Assembly: GCA_043818055.1 (NCBI GenBank)
Contig: JBDRGF010000070.1
Location: 1-13,620, forward strand
Source: Pseudomonadota bacterium
GTDB taxonomy: Bacteria; UBA10199; 2-02-FULL-44-16; JBDRGF01
Length of the DNA stretch: 13,620 nt
Direction of reading: 5' to 3'
Part shown: piece after piece, positions 1 to 7,375 of the stretch
Layout of the letters: each line of letters opens with the position of its first letter
Numbering within the stretch: the stretch's first letter is position 1
Translations under genes and position numbers: made by a program
Notes under the pieces: model-generated
What the model was told of the DNA's origin: nothing
The model's database searches: none
The model's input: the letters and a program-made list of their open reading frames with translations, nothing else

Positions 1-11
1 GCCAAGTAAAA

Positions 12-1223
12 CTACTCTTCATCCTTCTTCTTCGAAAGTGTGAGCTTCTTGTAACGGTCCACGCTGATAAATTCCTTTAGTTCCGAAGGAACATCCTTTG
101 CCCAGTCTTTGGCTTTTGCGATCTTCTTCAGCACAGACCATTGAACATCCGTCACCGTATCCCACAATCCCATATCGTGCATCTGCCTTACAAAATCCGG
201 TCTGTTTTCGTCGCCGCTCTTGGGATAGTTAACTTTGATCTCCTCTTTCACCGTTAACATATTGTTACTGCCATATAAACGATCAACGCCCTCTTTCTCG
301 GATAAGACAACCACTGCCTCTTTGATCTTCTTCTGCTCTGTATCAAGTTCAGCTATCTGAGCATTAAGATCTTTCTTTTTGAGATCAATGTCGGCGTACG
401 CATTGACCAAAACCACGCCATCCTCTTTCAAATATTCGTTTACCGGCAAGGGATCTGTTTTGAATTTGTGTGAGAACAAAGGACAGATATCCTGATAATC
501 GCACCAACGGCAGAGGTTGGATTCGGTTGGAGGAAATTCTTCCGTCGCTTCAATCGTATCGATCAACCCGATCGTATTCTTTTTTATATCTTCAAGCTGA
601 TCCGTCGTCCGACGGGAGCGCATCTCCTTATCGAAGGTCACATAGTGCCACACAAGATCGACCTCTTTTGCATCCGGCCAGGCTGCGCGAACGCCCATTT
701 CGTAAAGCGCCAGTTGCCTATCTTTATCCAAATACCGTTGTTCGGGAAGAGTATTGGAAGTTTTATAATCGTGTATTTCGTAATGACCATCTTCCCTTTC
801 CATCAGCCGATCGATAAAACCCTGAACTTTGTATTTATCGGTTCCGTCGAGATCAATCACGATGCGCTTTTCAATTCCTAACAGCCGCCCCTCTTCAAAA
901 GGATGATACCTGCCATAGTAATCTTCAATGGCCTTAAGCCCGATCTTTCGATAATCGTCAGGCTGACGATCCTTTCGAACGATCAACACACCCTCATTCC
1001 AATTCTTATCCCACAGCTCATTAAAATACGCCTTCAACTCGTCAAGAGTAGCCGTTTTAAATTTCAACTCAGCATACAGCTTCTCCATCACCTCATGAAA
1101 CCGACTGCCGAGAAAGGCCTCAACACCCTGCTCCTCTTTGCGTATGCGATCGATGTAGCAATATTTGTAACTGAGCTTACAGTTTTCAAATCTGGAAAGC
1201 CTGGAATGTGAGTAGATTGGCAT
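12..1223 (-). CDS. PD-(D/E)XK nuclease (RecB/AddB/Cas4-like, PDDEXK_1) with probable 4Fe-4S ligands and a C-terminal coiled-coil extension
   Basis: N-terminal YSHSRLSRFENC, GSRFHEVME, catalytic GFIDRL..IHDYKT, QLALY, and C-terminal CRWCDYQDIC (CxxCx5C) pairing with the N-terminal Cys; GGAGG RBS at 1230-1234. Confidence 0.9.
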   Translation of the reverse strand: MPIYSHSRLSRFENCKLSYKYCYIDRIRKEEQGVEAFLGSRFHEVMEKLYAELKFKTATLDELKAYFNELWDKNWNEGVLIVRKDRQPDDYRKIGLKAIEDYYGRYHPFEEGRLLGIEKRIVIDLDGTDKYKVQGFIDRLMEREDGHYEIHDYKTSNTLPEQRYLDKDRQLALYEMGVRAAWPDAKEVDLVWHYVTFDKEMRSRRTTDQLEDIKKNTIGLIDTIEATEEFPPTESNLCRWCDYQDICPLFSHKFKTDPLPVNEYLKEDGVVLVNAYADIDLKKKDLNAQIAELDTEQKKIKEAVVVLSEKEGVDRLYGSNNMLTVKEEIKVNYPKSGDENRPDFVRQMHDMGLWDTVTDVQWSVLKKIAKAKDWAKDVPSELKEFISVDRYKKLTLSKKKDEE

Positions 1224-1241
1224 GATAGACCTCCGCTTGAC

Positions 1242-2267
1242 TCATTTTGTTGCTCTAATCTCTTTTTCAACGGTTTTTAATCCTTCCAAAATATCTTCTA
1301 ATTCTGGAGGTTTTTCAAAAAACATTTCACGCATTTTTATATAATCGTCTTTTAGTTCTTTTAAGCATCTTGTTGAAGGCACAATTTTAATTGTATCTGG
1401 AGAAGCAAGATCGTATCTCGCCCAAGCACTTCTAAAATATATCGCTTTATGCTTTGCAACGCGCTCTAAAAGAGAGAGATTCGATAGAGCATCATTATGT
1501 ATCTCTGACTTCGTCAACATATAAAAATCATAATAATGTCTGGACATTCTAGGCGGCATCACTTTTTTCTCTGGCAAGTAATAGAGCATATGTAATATCG
1601 TTGCTTTCTCCCAATAAGTTCGTTTGGCCTCCAAAACAGTTATATCTGCTAAGCTAGATTGAATCGTTCCAGGAATAGCCTCTTCAACATAGGGTGAAAT
1701 TGTTTTCTTCAATGTTGGCCACGGATCACCCCGTGCACCAAATTCTATTTTAACCTGTTTTCGCACATATGGAGTGATGGAGGTTTGAGAAATTGTAGGA
1801 TACGAAAAAAGTATTGTCTGCTCATCGGGATCTTCTACATCTAAATCCAAAGACCATGAGCGATCAGAAGTAATATCATTTTGAATTGCGGTTTTAATTT
1901 TCACAAACAGATCATTATTAATATATTCTTTACATCGTGCAGAAAGCTCTTTGATTAACTTCTCTCTCTTTTTTGTTCCATCAACATTTTCTGGATCGCG
2001 TCCATCTTTAAAGCCAAGAAACTCTTTGTCGATTGAAATATCGATATCTTCAGAAAATCTCTGTATTATTCTATATATTTTGGATAACGAAGTTCCTCCT
2101 TTGAATGTAAATGGCTCTCCATTGTTTTCAATATTGAATAGAAGATCAAGTATCCAGCATACCCAAAAGTCCTTTTCAATAATTGAAATATTCAACCCCA
2201 GTATTTCCGAAGCCTTTCTAAAATATACCTCGCGCTCGCCATGTGTAAGATTTACAAATTCTGACAT
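1242..2267 (-). CDS. abiEii: AbiEii/AbiGii-family nucleotidyltransferase toxin (type IV TA)
   Basis: IEKDFWV, FKGGTSLSK, RFSEDIDI, KIEFG, RTYWEKAT and SRHYYD motifs of DNA pol beta-like AbiEii toxins; 2 nt downstream of the antitoxin-like gene. Confidence 0.92.
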   Translation of the reverse strand: MSEFVNLTHGEREVYFRKASEILGLNISIIEKDFWVCWILDLLFNIENNGEPFTFKGGTSLSKIYRIIQRFSEDIDISIDKEFLGFKDGRDPENVDGTKKREKLIKELSARCKEYINNDLFVKIKTAIQNDITSDRSWSLDLDVEDPDEQTILFSYPTISQTSITPYVRKQVKIEFGARGDPWPTLKKTISPYVEEAIPGTIQSSLADITVLEAKRTYWEKATILHMLYYLPEKKVMPPRMSRHYYDFYMLTKSEIHNDALSNLSLLERVAKHKAIYFRSAWARYDLASPDTIKIVPSTRCLKELKDDYIKMREMFFEKPPELEDILEGLKTVEKEIRATK

Positions 2268-2269
2268 GT

Positions 2270-2866
2270 CTAGGAAGTTATCCTTTCAATTATCTTTTTC
2301 ACCCAATCGGGGGCAAAACGACTATCGCGTTTTAATATCTTCTTTTCCTTATCACTAAGATCTCTTTTCATTTTTCGTATGTGATTTTCATTTACATATG
2401 CACAACCAATATAGCGAAGTGCCTGAATAATCAGTCCACTGATTTTGCCGGCTGAAGCCATGTTTTTTGGAGTAGTTTTTGTAAATATGATCTCTTGTCT
2501 TCCAATTTTAAGTTTCTTATTTAAACCGTCTGTTAGAAATACAATCTTTGCTGGAACTTGCTCGCTTAAGCCAAGAAGATTGGCTGCATAAGCACCTGAA
2601 GGTTGAACAACTAAATTCTCACTATCAGCAATTGCTTTGGCGATTAATTCAAATTTTGGTGGCAATATTCCAAGAGTTTTATGTTTTTCAGGATAATCAT
2701 AAAGACCGGTTGTAAGTCTTCTAATGGTTCCTTTTTTAGCCAGGCGGGTTAAAGCCATGCGAACCGAATCCATGCCACCCAGATCAGCAAAGGACTTTGG
2801 AGTAAAAACCCAACCATGTCCCTTTCCATAGATTCTACTGAGCATTTTATCCTTTAAAGATTTCAT
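2270..2866 (-). CDS. DUF6088 / AbiEi-like antitoxin and transcriptional regulator
   Basis: N-terminal wHTH (VFTPKSF..VRMALTRLAKKGTIRRLTTGLYDYP) and SGAYAANLLGLSEQVPAKIVFLTDG motif; directly upstream of abiEii. Confidence 0.88.
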   Translation of the reverse strand: MKSLKDKMLSRIYGKGHGWVFTPKSFADLGGMDSVRMALTRLAKKGTIRRLTTGLYDYPEKHKTLGILPPKFELIAKAIADSENLVVQPSGAYAANLLGLSEQVPAKIVFLTDGLNKKLKIGRQEIIFTKTTPKNMASAGKISGLIIQALRYIGCAYVNENHIRKMKRDLSDKEKKILKRDSRFAPDWVKKIIERITS

Positions 2867-2994
2867 AGATAGCTGATTCTATTATAATTGAATTATAAAT
2901 TCAACAATTATTTATCTTGACGAACCACGGCAGGCTAATACAAACTAAAAGCCGTAATAATCAGTATTATCAATGAGTTATAGTCAAATATGAT

Positions 2995-3039
2995 CTTTTA
3001 GATGTTATAAATATTGATAATATTTATAACAGAAAAAAG
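2995..3039. promoter_or_regulatory. Inverted repeat, candidate AbiEi autoregulatory operator
   Basis: Perfect 13-bp arms TGTTATAAATATT (3003-3015) / AATATTTATAACA (3019-3031) with a 3-nt spacer; extends to 21-bp arms with 18/21 pairs; in the AT-rich region upstream of the DUF6088 gene. Confidence 0.6.
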
Positions 3040-3058
3040 CAGTTATGGAGATAAAAAT

Positions 3059-3084
3059 ACCCCGGACATCGATCCGGGGTCCAG
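3059..3084. repeat. REP-like palindrome
   Basis: ACCCCGGA (3059-3066) / TCCGGGGT (3073-3080) followed by CCAG, the same tail as the other elements in the window. Confidence 0.65.
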
Positions 3085-3195
3085 ATTGAGTTATATCAGC
3101 TTCGGAGCAAAATTGTCATGAAAAATCAGCGAATGATTTTTGCCCTTACCATTCCACCCACGAAGTGGAAGAGACATTGGCCATCTCCCTCACTT

Positions 3196-3269
3196 TGCCA
3201 TTCCCGACTTCATTGCTTGTCATACCCGACTCTTGACCTGTCGTATGACTGGGTTGATCGGGGATCCAG
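3196..3269. repeat. TGTCAT-tagged REP-like palindrome with internal insert and a degenerate copy 22 nt away
   Basis: TGTCATACCCGAC (3218-3230) ... GATCGGGGATCCAG (3256-3269); degenerate TGCCATTCCCGACTT at 3196; lies just downstream of the OLD stop and may also act as a terminator or RNA stabiliser. Confidence 0.65.
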
Positions 3270-3302
3270 AGCTCAAACTTTCCCCTACTTACTTGCTGTG
3301 TG

Positions 3303-5009
3303 TTACAATTTTTGTGAATATAAATATTCAAATATTTTCTTTATGAAATACTTTGCTGGATCAATACTAGCAGAGTCATCACTAATTTTAGAAAGTGCAT
3401 CTTCAAGCCATTTTTCTTTAGACACACCTTTAATCCAACTTTCCAATTCGCCCTCGGGACTGATGAAGAGTCCTTTCTCGTTAAACGCATTCAACAGCTC
3501 CTTACATTTTTCTTTTTTCATATCATCTTTAATACTATGTACACCGTTCTTCTTTTGAGAACTCCAATTAGAAGCTTGATTTAGAAGGTCGGATATTTCC
3601 TCCTTATTCTTATTTGATACACTTACTTTTTCTTTTTCTTTTTCTATTTTATCCAGCAGTTTTTTAATGGCAGCAACTATATCATTGATACTCTTTAACG
3701 TTGGAATGCTATTGAGGTCTAATCGAATTGCATTGTAGTTTTCTTGAACAGCATCATAATCCCCCTTCAAAGCAGTGTAAGTTTTCTTTAACTCGCCTAA
3801 CTGACTCAGAATGTCAAAATCCGCTATCGCAGCACATTTAATGTTTAGTTTCTTATATGAGCTAGCGAGCGAAGCAATCTTCCCCTTTCCACTCCCATGA
3901 ATAAAGTATAAATCTGTAGGTTGAGGAATCTCTTTCGTCTCCGCACACTTGTTTAATATGGCATTATAAAACATACAATCTTTGTCGCCCTCGCAAATAA
4001 CAACTCCCTCATGGAATATCCCATCGATGGCATTTGATGATTTCAAAAGAGGATCATTCCAGTATTCTTTTATATCATCCGTGTTTAACACACACGGCAC
4101 ATTGACATCCCCATCTCTTTCAATACGACATATAGTAACTTTTGCATCCGCTTCTAAAGCACCCTGAACAATATCGCTGCTATGCGTAGCAGCGATAATT
4201 TGCCTCTTCTTCTTTTTAGTATTTTCGGCTAAAAGTTTCCCTAATTTACGACATTGAACGGAATGGAGAAATAATTCTGGCTCATCAATTGTTAACAATG
4301 GCTGACAACCGCACTCGAGGGCTAGAAGAGTAGCAACAAAACTCTTTATACCATCACCCTCTTCTTCCAATTTAGGTAATTTATTCAATTTTTTGAGATT
4401 TTCTGGCTCATTTGATGCATCATCGAAATTTGTTTCCAGTAAACCGACATGAAACCAAACATTGCTGTCGTGACCATTATTTATATAAAGCTGTTTATCA
4501 AAGAGCAGCTTTAAATTAGAATTAATTTCTCTCTTCAAATTAAAATCAAGCTGTAACATATGAATAAATTCTTGTGGTTTTCCGCGATTAAGATCAAAAC
4601 GTCTTTTTGAATCAGCTATGAACAAGCGGTCTTTTGTATATAAAGCACGCAACAAGAAATCTGTTATATTTTCCAATGAGTTGAAGTAAGAAGCCACTTT
4701 GTTTTTTTGGATTACGTTTTTATCTATATAGTAAACATCTTCACCATTGATATTTCGCAAAGGAAAGTTATTGTCTATCCATGTTGCGAATCCTTTTTCA
4801 GTACCATCCTTATGAGTACTAACATTTTTAATGACTTTATTATCGCTTACGGCGTCTCGTCTAATATCCTTTGCAATATCCCTGAGGGCCGACGATTTCC
4901 CCGAACTATTGGGGCCAACAATCAATATGAGCGAATCCTCAGCAATTTCAATTTCTGTTCCATTGCTGAATGTTAATCTATCAATCGCATATTTGAATTC
5001 ATCAGTCAT
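3303..5009 (-). CDS. OLD-family-like ATP-dependent nuclease (ABC-type ATPase + TOPRIM)
   Basis: Walker A GPNSSGKS, degenerate signature EGDG, Walker B/D-loop LTIDEPELFLH, H-loop AATHS, TOPRIM VICEGDKD and ADFD; TAAGGAG RBS; AT-rich. Confidence 0.85.
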   Translation of the reverse strand: MTDEFKYAIDRLTFSNGTEIEIAEDSLILIVGPNSSGKSSALRDIAKDIRRDAVSDNKVIKNVSTHKDGTEKGFATWIDNNFPLRNINGEDVYYIDKNVIQKNKVASYFNSLENITDFLLRALYTKDRLFIADSKRRFDLNRGKPQEFIHMLQLDFNLKREINSNLKLLFDKQLYINNGHDSNVWFHVGLLETNFDDASNEPENLKKLNKLPKLEEEGDGIKSFVATLLALECGCQPLLTIDEPELFLHSVQCRKLGKLLAENTKKKKRQIIAATHSSDIVQGALEADAKVTICRIERDGDVNVPCVLNTDDIKEYWNDPLLKSSNAIDGIFHEGVVICEGDKDCMFYNAILNKCAETKEIPQPTDLYFIHGSGKGKIASLASSYKKLNIKCAAIADFDILSQLGELKKTYTALKGDYDAVQENYNAIRLDLNSIPTLKSINDIVAAIKKLLDKIEKEKEKVSVSNKNKEEISDLLNQASNWSSQKKNGVHSIKDDMKKEKCKELLNAFNEKGLFISPEGELESWIKGVSKEKWLEDALSKISDDSASIDPAKYFIKKIFEYLYSQKL

Positions 5010-5121
5010 AGAATGACTCCTTATTCATTATGAATCCCGGAAAATCTGGTGACGTAGGATGTTTATATGCAAATAGCTTCTTAAAAAAAGCTGATATTTT
5101 CCTTCATCATCTTTTTTAGCA

Positions 5122-5334
5122 CTATTGCCTTGTAGAACCAGTGATCGTGTAGGTATATCCCCACTTCCATCCTTCACCACCTGGCCCACCTTGATATCCT
5201 TTACTAATTGCATCTTTTTCCCAAATTCTTGCTGCGATTTCCGATGAAAATGGACCGTAAACTTTCCAATCACTTGGATTTCCATGTTGTATTTTTCGCT
5301 GATCTGGATCATTTGTGAGACCTACATACATCAT
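5122..5334 (-). CDS. Small (70 aa) GIY-YIG-like protein
   Basis: YVGLTNDPDQRKIQH resembles the YIG..R..QH half-motif, with E..A...E and a Gly-rich GGPGG tail; AAGGAGG at 5343-5349 favours the ATG at 5334 over the GTG at 5343. Confidence 0.65.
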   Translation of the reverse strand: MMYVGLTNDPDQRKIQHGNPSDWKVYGPFSSEIAARIWEKDAISKGYQGGPGGEGWKWGYTYTITGSTRQ

Positions 5335-5368
5335 AATATTCACCTCCTTGTATTTCCTGCTTCTTCAT

Positions 5369-5599
5369 TTAATGTTTTTTGTCTTTGGGGGGACAAGAGT
5401 CATTTCCGTAACTGTCTTTGTCACGGATTCTTCCATTAGATCTGTGAATAACAACTTCAGATTTTTCTCTCCTGGCAGTCTCACGCGCGGCATCAATGGC
5501 TTTGGCTTGAGTCCTATGATGCGATGAATCCCGCTTATTATTTTCACCAAGTACACCCCATCCTTTTCCGCGCTTTACCACATGTTGATTTTTCCCCAT
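5369..5599 (-). CDS. DUF2188 domain protein
   Basis: NQHVV...GWGV..E......HRTQAKAIDAAR..AR...SEVVIH..NGRIRDKDSYGND..PP pattern; AAGGAGG RBS. Confidence 0.9.
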   Translation of the reverse strand: MGKNQHVVKRGKGWGVLGENNKRDSSHHRTQAKAIDAARETARREKSEVVIHRSNGRIRDKDSYGNDSCPPKDKKH

Positions 5600-5689
5600 A
5601 AGCCTCCTTTAAAAATATATTAGTAATATAAATGGTTCGCATAAAATTAAAGTCAAGGTAACCAATAGATTTTCTTAGATTTTTTTCAA

Positions 5690-5920
5690 TCACCCCCCAC
5701 AAACCTTACAAGGCACGCCGCCACGATTGAAAGCATCAGCGCGTTTTATTTTGATGCAGTTTTTGGTGCAGCGATGCGCCCATTCACATGATAATTTATG
5801 AACCTTGTGTGTTTTCTTGTTGAAGAATACCTCTTCGTTGGCTCTGTCTTGTGCTGTTGCGAGTGTTGCAAAGATGAAGATCAGAAAAAACAGGACGGTT
5901 TTTGCCGAGAACTTTTTCAT
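5690..5920 (-). CDS. Small secreted Cys/His-rich protein (76 aa), Ada metal-binding-like domain
   Basis: Probable start MKKFSAK (ATG 5920) after a G-rich RBS; Sec signal peptide ending ATA|Q; NKKTHKVHKLSC...C...GGVPCKVC. The longer track ORF reads through repeats. Confidence 0.7.
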   Translation of the reverse strand: MKKFSAKTVLFFLIFIFATLATAQDRANEEVFFNKKTHKVHKLSCEWAHRCTKNCIKIKRADAFNRGGVPCKVCGG

Positions 5921-5949
5921 ACCCCCCCCTCTGACTGCTAGAGGATAGT

Positions 5950-6037
5950 TATTCCAATTCCGTACGTTTTGCAAGAAATCTGGATGCTGGGTTCTCGAGG
6001 TGCGGGATGACAACGGAGGAGGTGCAGGATGATAGGG
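5950..6037. repeat. Duplicated leader, copy 1
   Basis: 5950-5993 matches 7160-7203 at 39/44; 6000-6037 matches 7257-7294 at 32/38. Confidence 0.9.
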
Positions 6038-6040
6038 GAA

Positions 6041-6106
6041 GAGATTGCCACTCCTTGCTTTGCAAGGCTCCTGCCACAGACACAAAGACGGGCAGGCGTA
6101 ATGACA
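6041..6106. repeat. GAGATTGCCAC...CGTAATGACA REP-like element with a nested CCTGCC/GGCAGG hairpin
   Basis: CCTTGC-TTT-GCAAGG (6053-6067); CCTGCC (6070-6075) / GGCAGG (6091-6096); ends in ATGACA like the other elements. Confidence 0.6.
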
Positions 6107-6140
6107 TCGTAGAAGAAAATGGAGATTTTTAGGGGTTTCC

Positions 6141-7130
6141 TTAACTTCTTTTTCCAAAAAGATTAATTGATAGACACGGGTCATCATTATTAGATCGAGC
6201 GGTTGTCGCCCAGAGAATATCATCAGGTCTTAAATAATAATCTGGATTATTTTCTTTTTGAACTGCGACAAGCCTGAACTCTGGATCGGCGTTGCGGTCA
6301 ACTACCATATTTTGCCTCACAAAACGAACTGCACCGATCACAGGTGCATTGCATCTTTTCTTCGATGAAGCGTGATACATCGATGATGACACGAACCGAC
6401 TAAAACTTCTACTGAACTCCCCCTTCCATCTATAATAATGAATCAAATTTAGAACATAATCGACTGGTCTATCCTGACCCACTTGAAACTTATGAATATA
6501 ACCCTTCCCCGAAGCTTGAGATATCTCCCCACAGCAAACAACTTGAACAAAGGGATACCCTGCTTGATAACGCGTTCCAAGATATTCTTTTGGTACGTAA
6601 ACTTCCTGAGGTCTGTCTTTATCATCATCACATCGCCTTGCTAGTGGAGTGAAAACTAAATTTTTACCATCAACTTTTAGCATCACAGGAACTTGATACA
6701 TCCAATCCCACGTATCAACACCAAAGAAGACTCCCTGCATTCCAATCGTCATCAAGTTAGAAATTTTTTCAACAATGGCTGGATGTAACGCAAACAACTC
6801 ATCAAACCCTTCAACGGCATCAGTTTCAGCATTTTCTTTTGTCATTGGATTAATAAAGAGCCTTGCAGGAAAGAGAAGCCAGCTCGGTACACGCCTTGAT
6901 TCAACGAGCATAGAAAGAGCAGCATCAAATATAGCAATTCCACATCGATTGTGTTCAGCCATAGGCAAATTTCGCGAACGACTGTAATCACTCACATCTC
7001 GAACCTGAACTGCACCCACATTAAATTTCTGCCACTCCTCTATAGGTGCATTTTGAAGTCTTATCCCCTGAAATCTCGCAATCTCTGGAATGGTGCTAAA
7101 AACCGAATTTACCCTACCTATAATTGACAT
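6141..7130 (-). CDS. Hypothetical protein (329 aa), no family recognised
   Basis: Long open frame; probable start MSIIGRV (ATG 7130) after AAGGAAG; the upstream 31 codons of the track ORF lie in the repeat/leader. Confidence 0.7.
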   Translation of the reverse strand: MSIIGRVNSVFSTIPEIARFQGIRLQNAPIEEWQKFNVGAVQVRDVSDYSRSRNLPMAEHNRCGIAIFDAALSMLVESRRVPSWLLFPARLFINPMTKENAETDAVEGFDELFALHPAIVEKISNLMTIGMQGVFFGVDTWDWMYQVPVMLKVDGKNLVFTPLARRCDDDKDRPQEVYVPKEYLGTRYQAGYPFVQVVCCGEISQASGKGYIHKFQVGQDRPVDYVLNLIHYYRWKGEFSRSFSRFVSSSMYHASSKKRCNAPVIGAVRFVRQNMVVDRNADPEFRLVAVQKENNPDYYLRPDDILWATTARSNNDDPCLSINLFGKRS

Positions 7131-7159
7131 AAAATCTTCCTTGGCTATTAGCGAGCATC

Positions 7160-7294
7160 TATTCCAATGCCGCCTGTTTTGCAAGAAATCTGGATCCTGG
7201 GTTTTGGATTCTGGATCCCGCATCTCAGCCAGAGGCTGATGAGCCTTTGGCTCAAAGTGCGGGATGACAAAGGAGGGGGTGTGGAATGGTAGGG
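7160..7294. repeat. Duplicated leader, copy 2, containing a complete REP-like palindrome with a double-hairpin insert
   Basis: ATCCCGCA (7215-7222) / TGCGGGAT (7258-7265) + GACA, enclosing TCAGCC-AGA-GGCTGA (7225-7239) and TGAGCC-TTT-GGCTCA (7240-7254). Confidence 0.9.
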
Positions 7295-7362
7295 TCGCTG
7301 GTCGCTGGCCTCTGGCCTCTGGCCTCTGACTTCTTGCCTCTGACTTCTGGCCCCTGACCTCT
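7293..7362. repeat. Heptamer tandem array, 10 units, consensus GGCCTCT
   Basis: ggtcgct x2, ggcctct x3, gacttct, tgcctct, gacttct, ggcccct, gacctct. Confidence 0.9.
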
Positions 7363-7375
7363 GGTGGGTTGATGG

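Noticed and set aside
12..1223. cas4 of a CRISPR-Cas locus
   Set aside because: No cas1/cas2 or array in the window; much longer than typical Cas4.
3303..5009. Gabija, retron or PARIS assignment
   Set aside because: No UvrD helicase or reverse transcriptase nearby; a fused PARIS-like form cannot be told from OLD without profile searches.
5028..5556. Alternative-frame ORFs 5028-5312, 5365-5556 and 5315-5527
   Set aside because: They overlap better-supported genes that have RBSs and recognisable motifs.
5625..5656. Sigma70 promoter for the DUF2188 gene (TTGACT...TATATT)
   Set aside because: Spacer is 20 nt in very AT-rich DNA; too weak to call.
5946..5990. Sigma54 or sigma28 promoter in the duplicated leader
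   Set aside because: No GG-N10-GC spacing in both copies and no GCCGATAA-like box.
5921..6223. N-terminal 101 aa of the 177-aa track ORF
   Set aside because: Reads through REP-like repeats and overlaps the upstream gene; RBS and signal peptide point to ATG 5920.
7131..7223. N-terminal 31 aa of the 360-aa track ORF
   Set aside because: It is the translated leader repeat (PDFLQN appears in both copies); RBS supports ATG 7130.
3050..7375. Integron cassette array
   Set aside because: Co-oriented genes separated by palindromes are suggestive, but I found no convincing RYYYAAC...GTTRRRY attC pairs at gene ends and no integrase.
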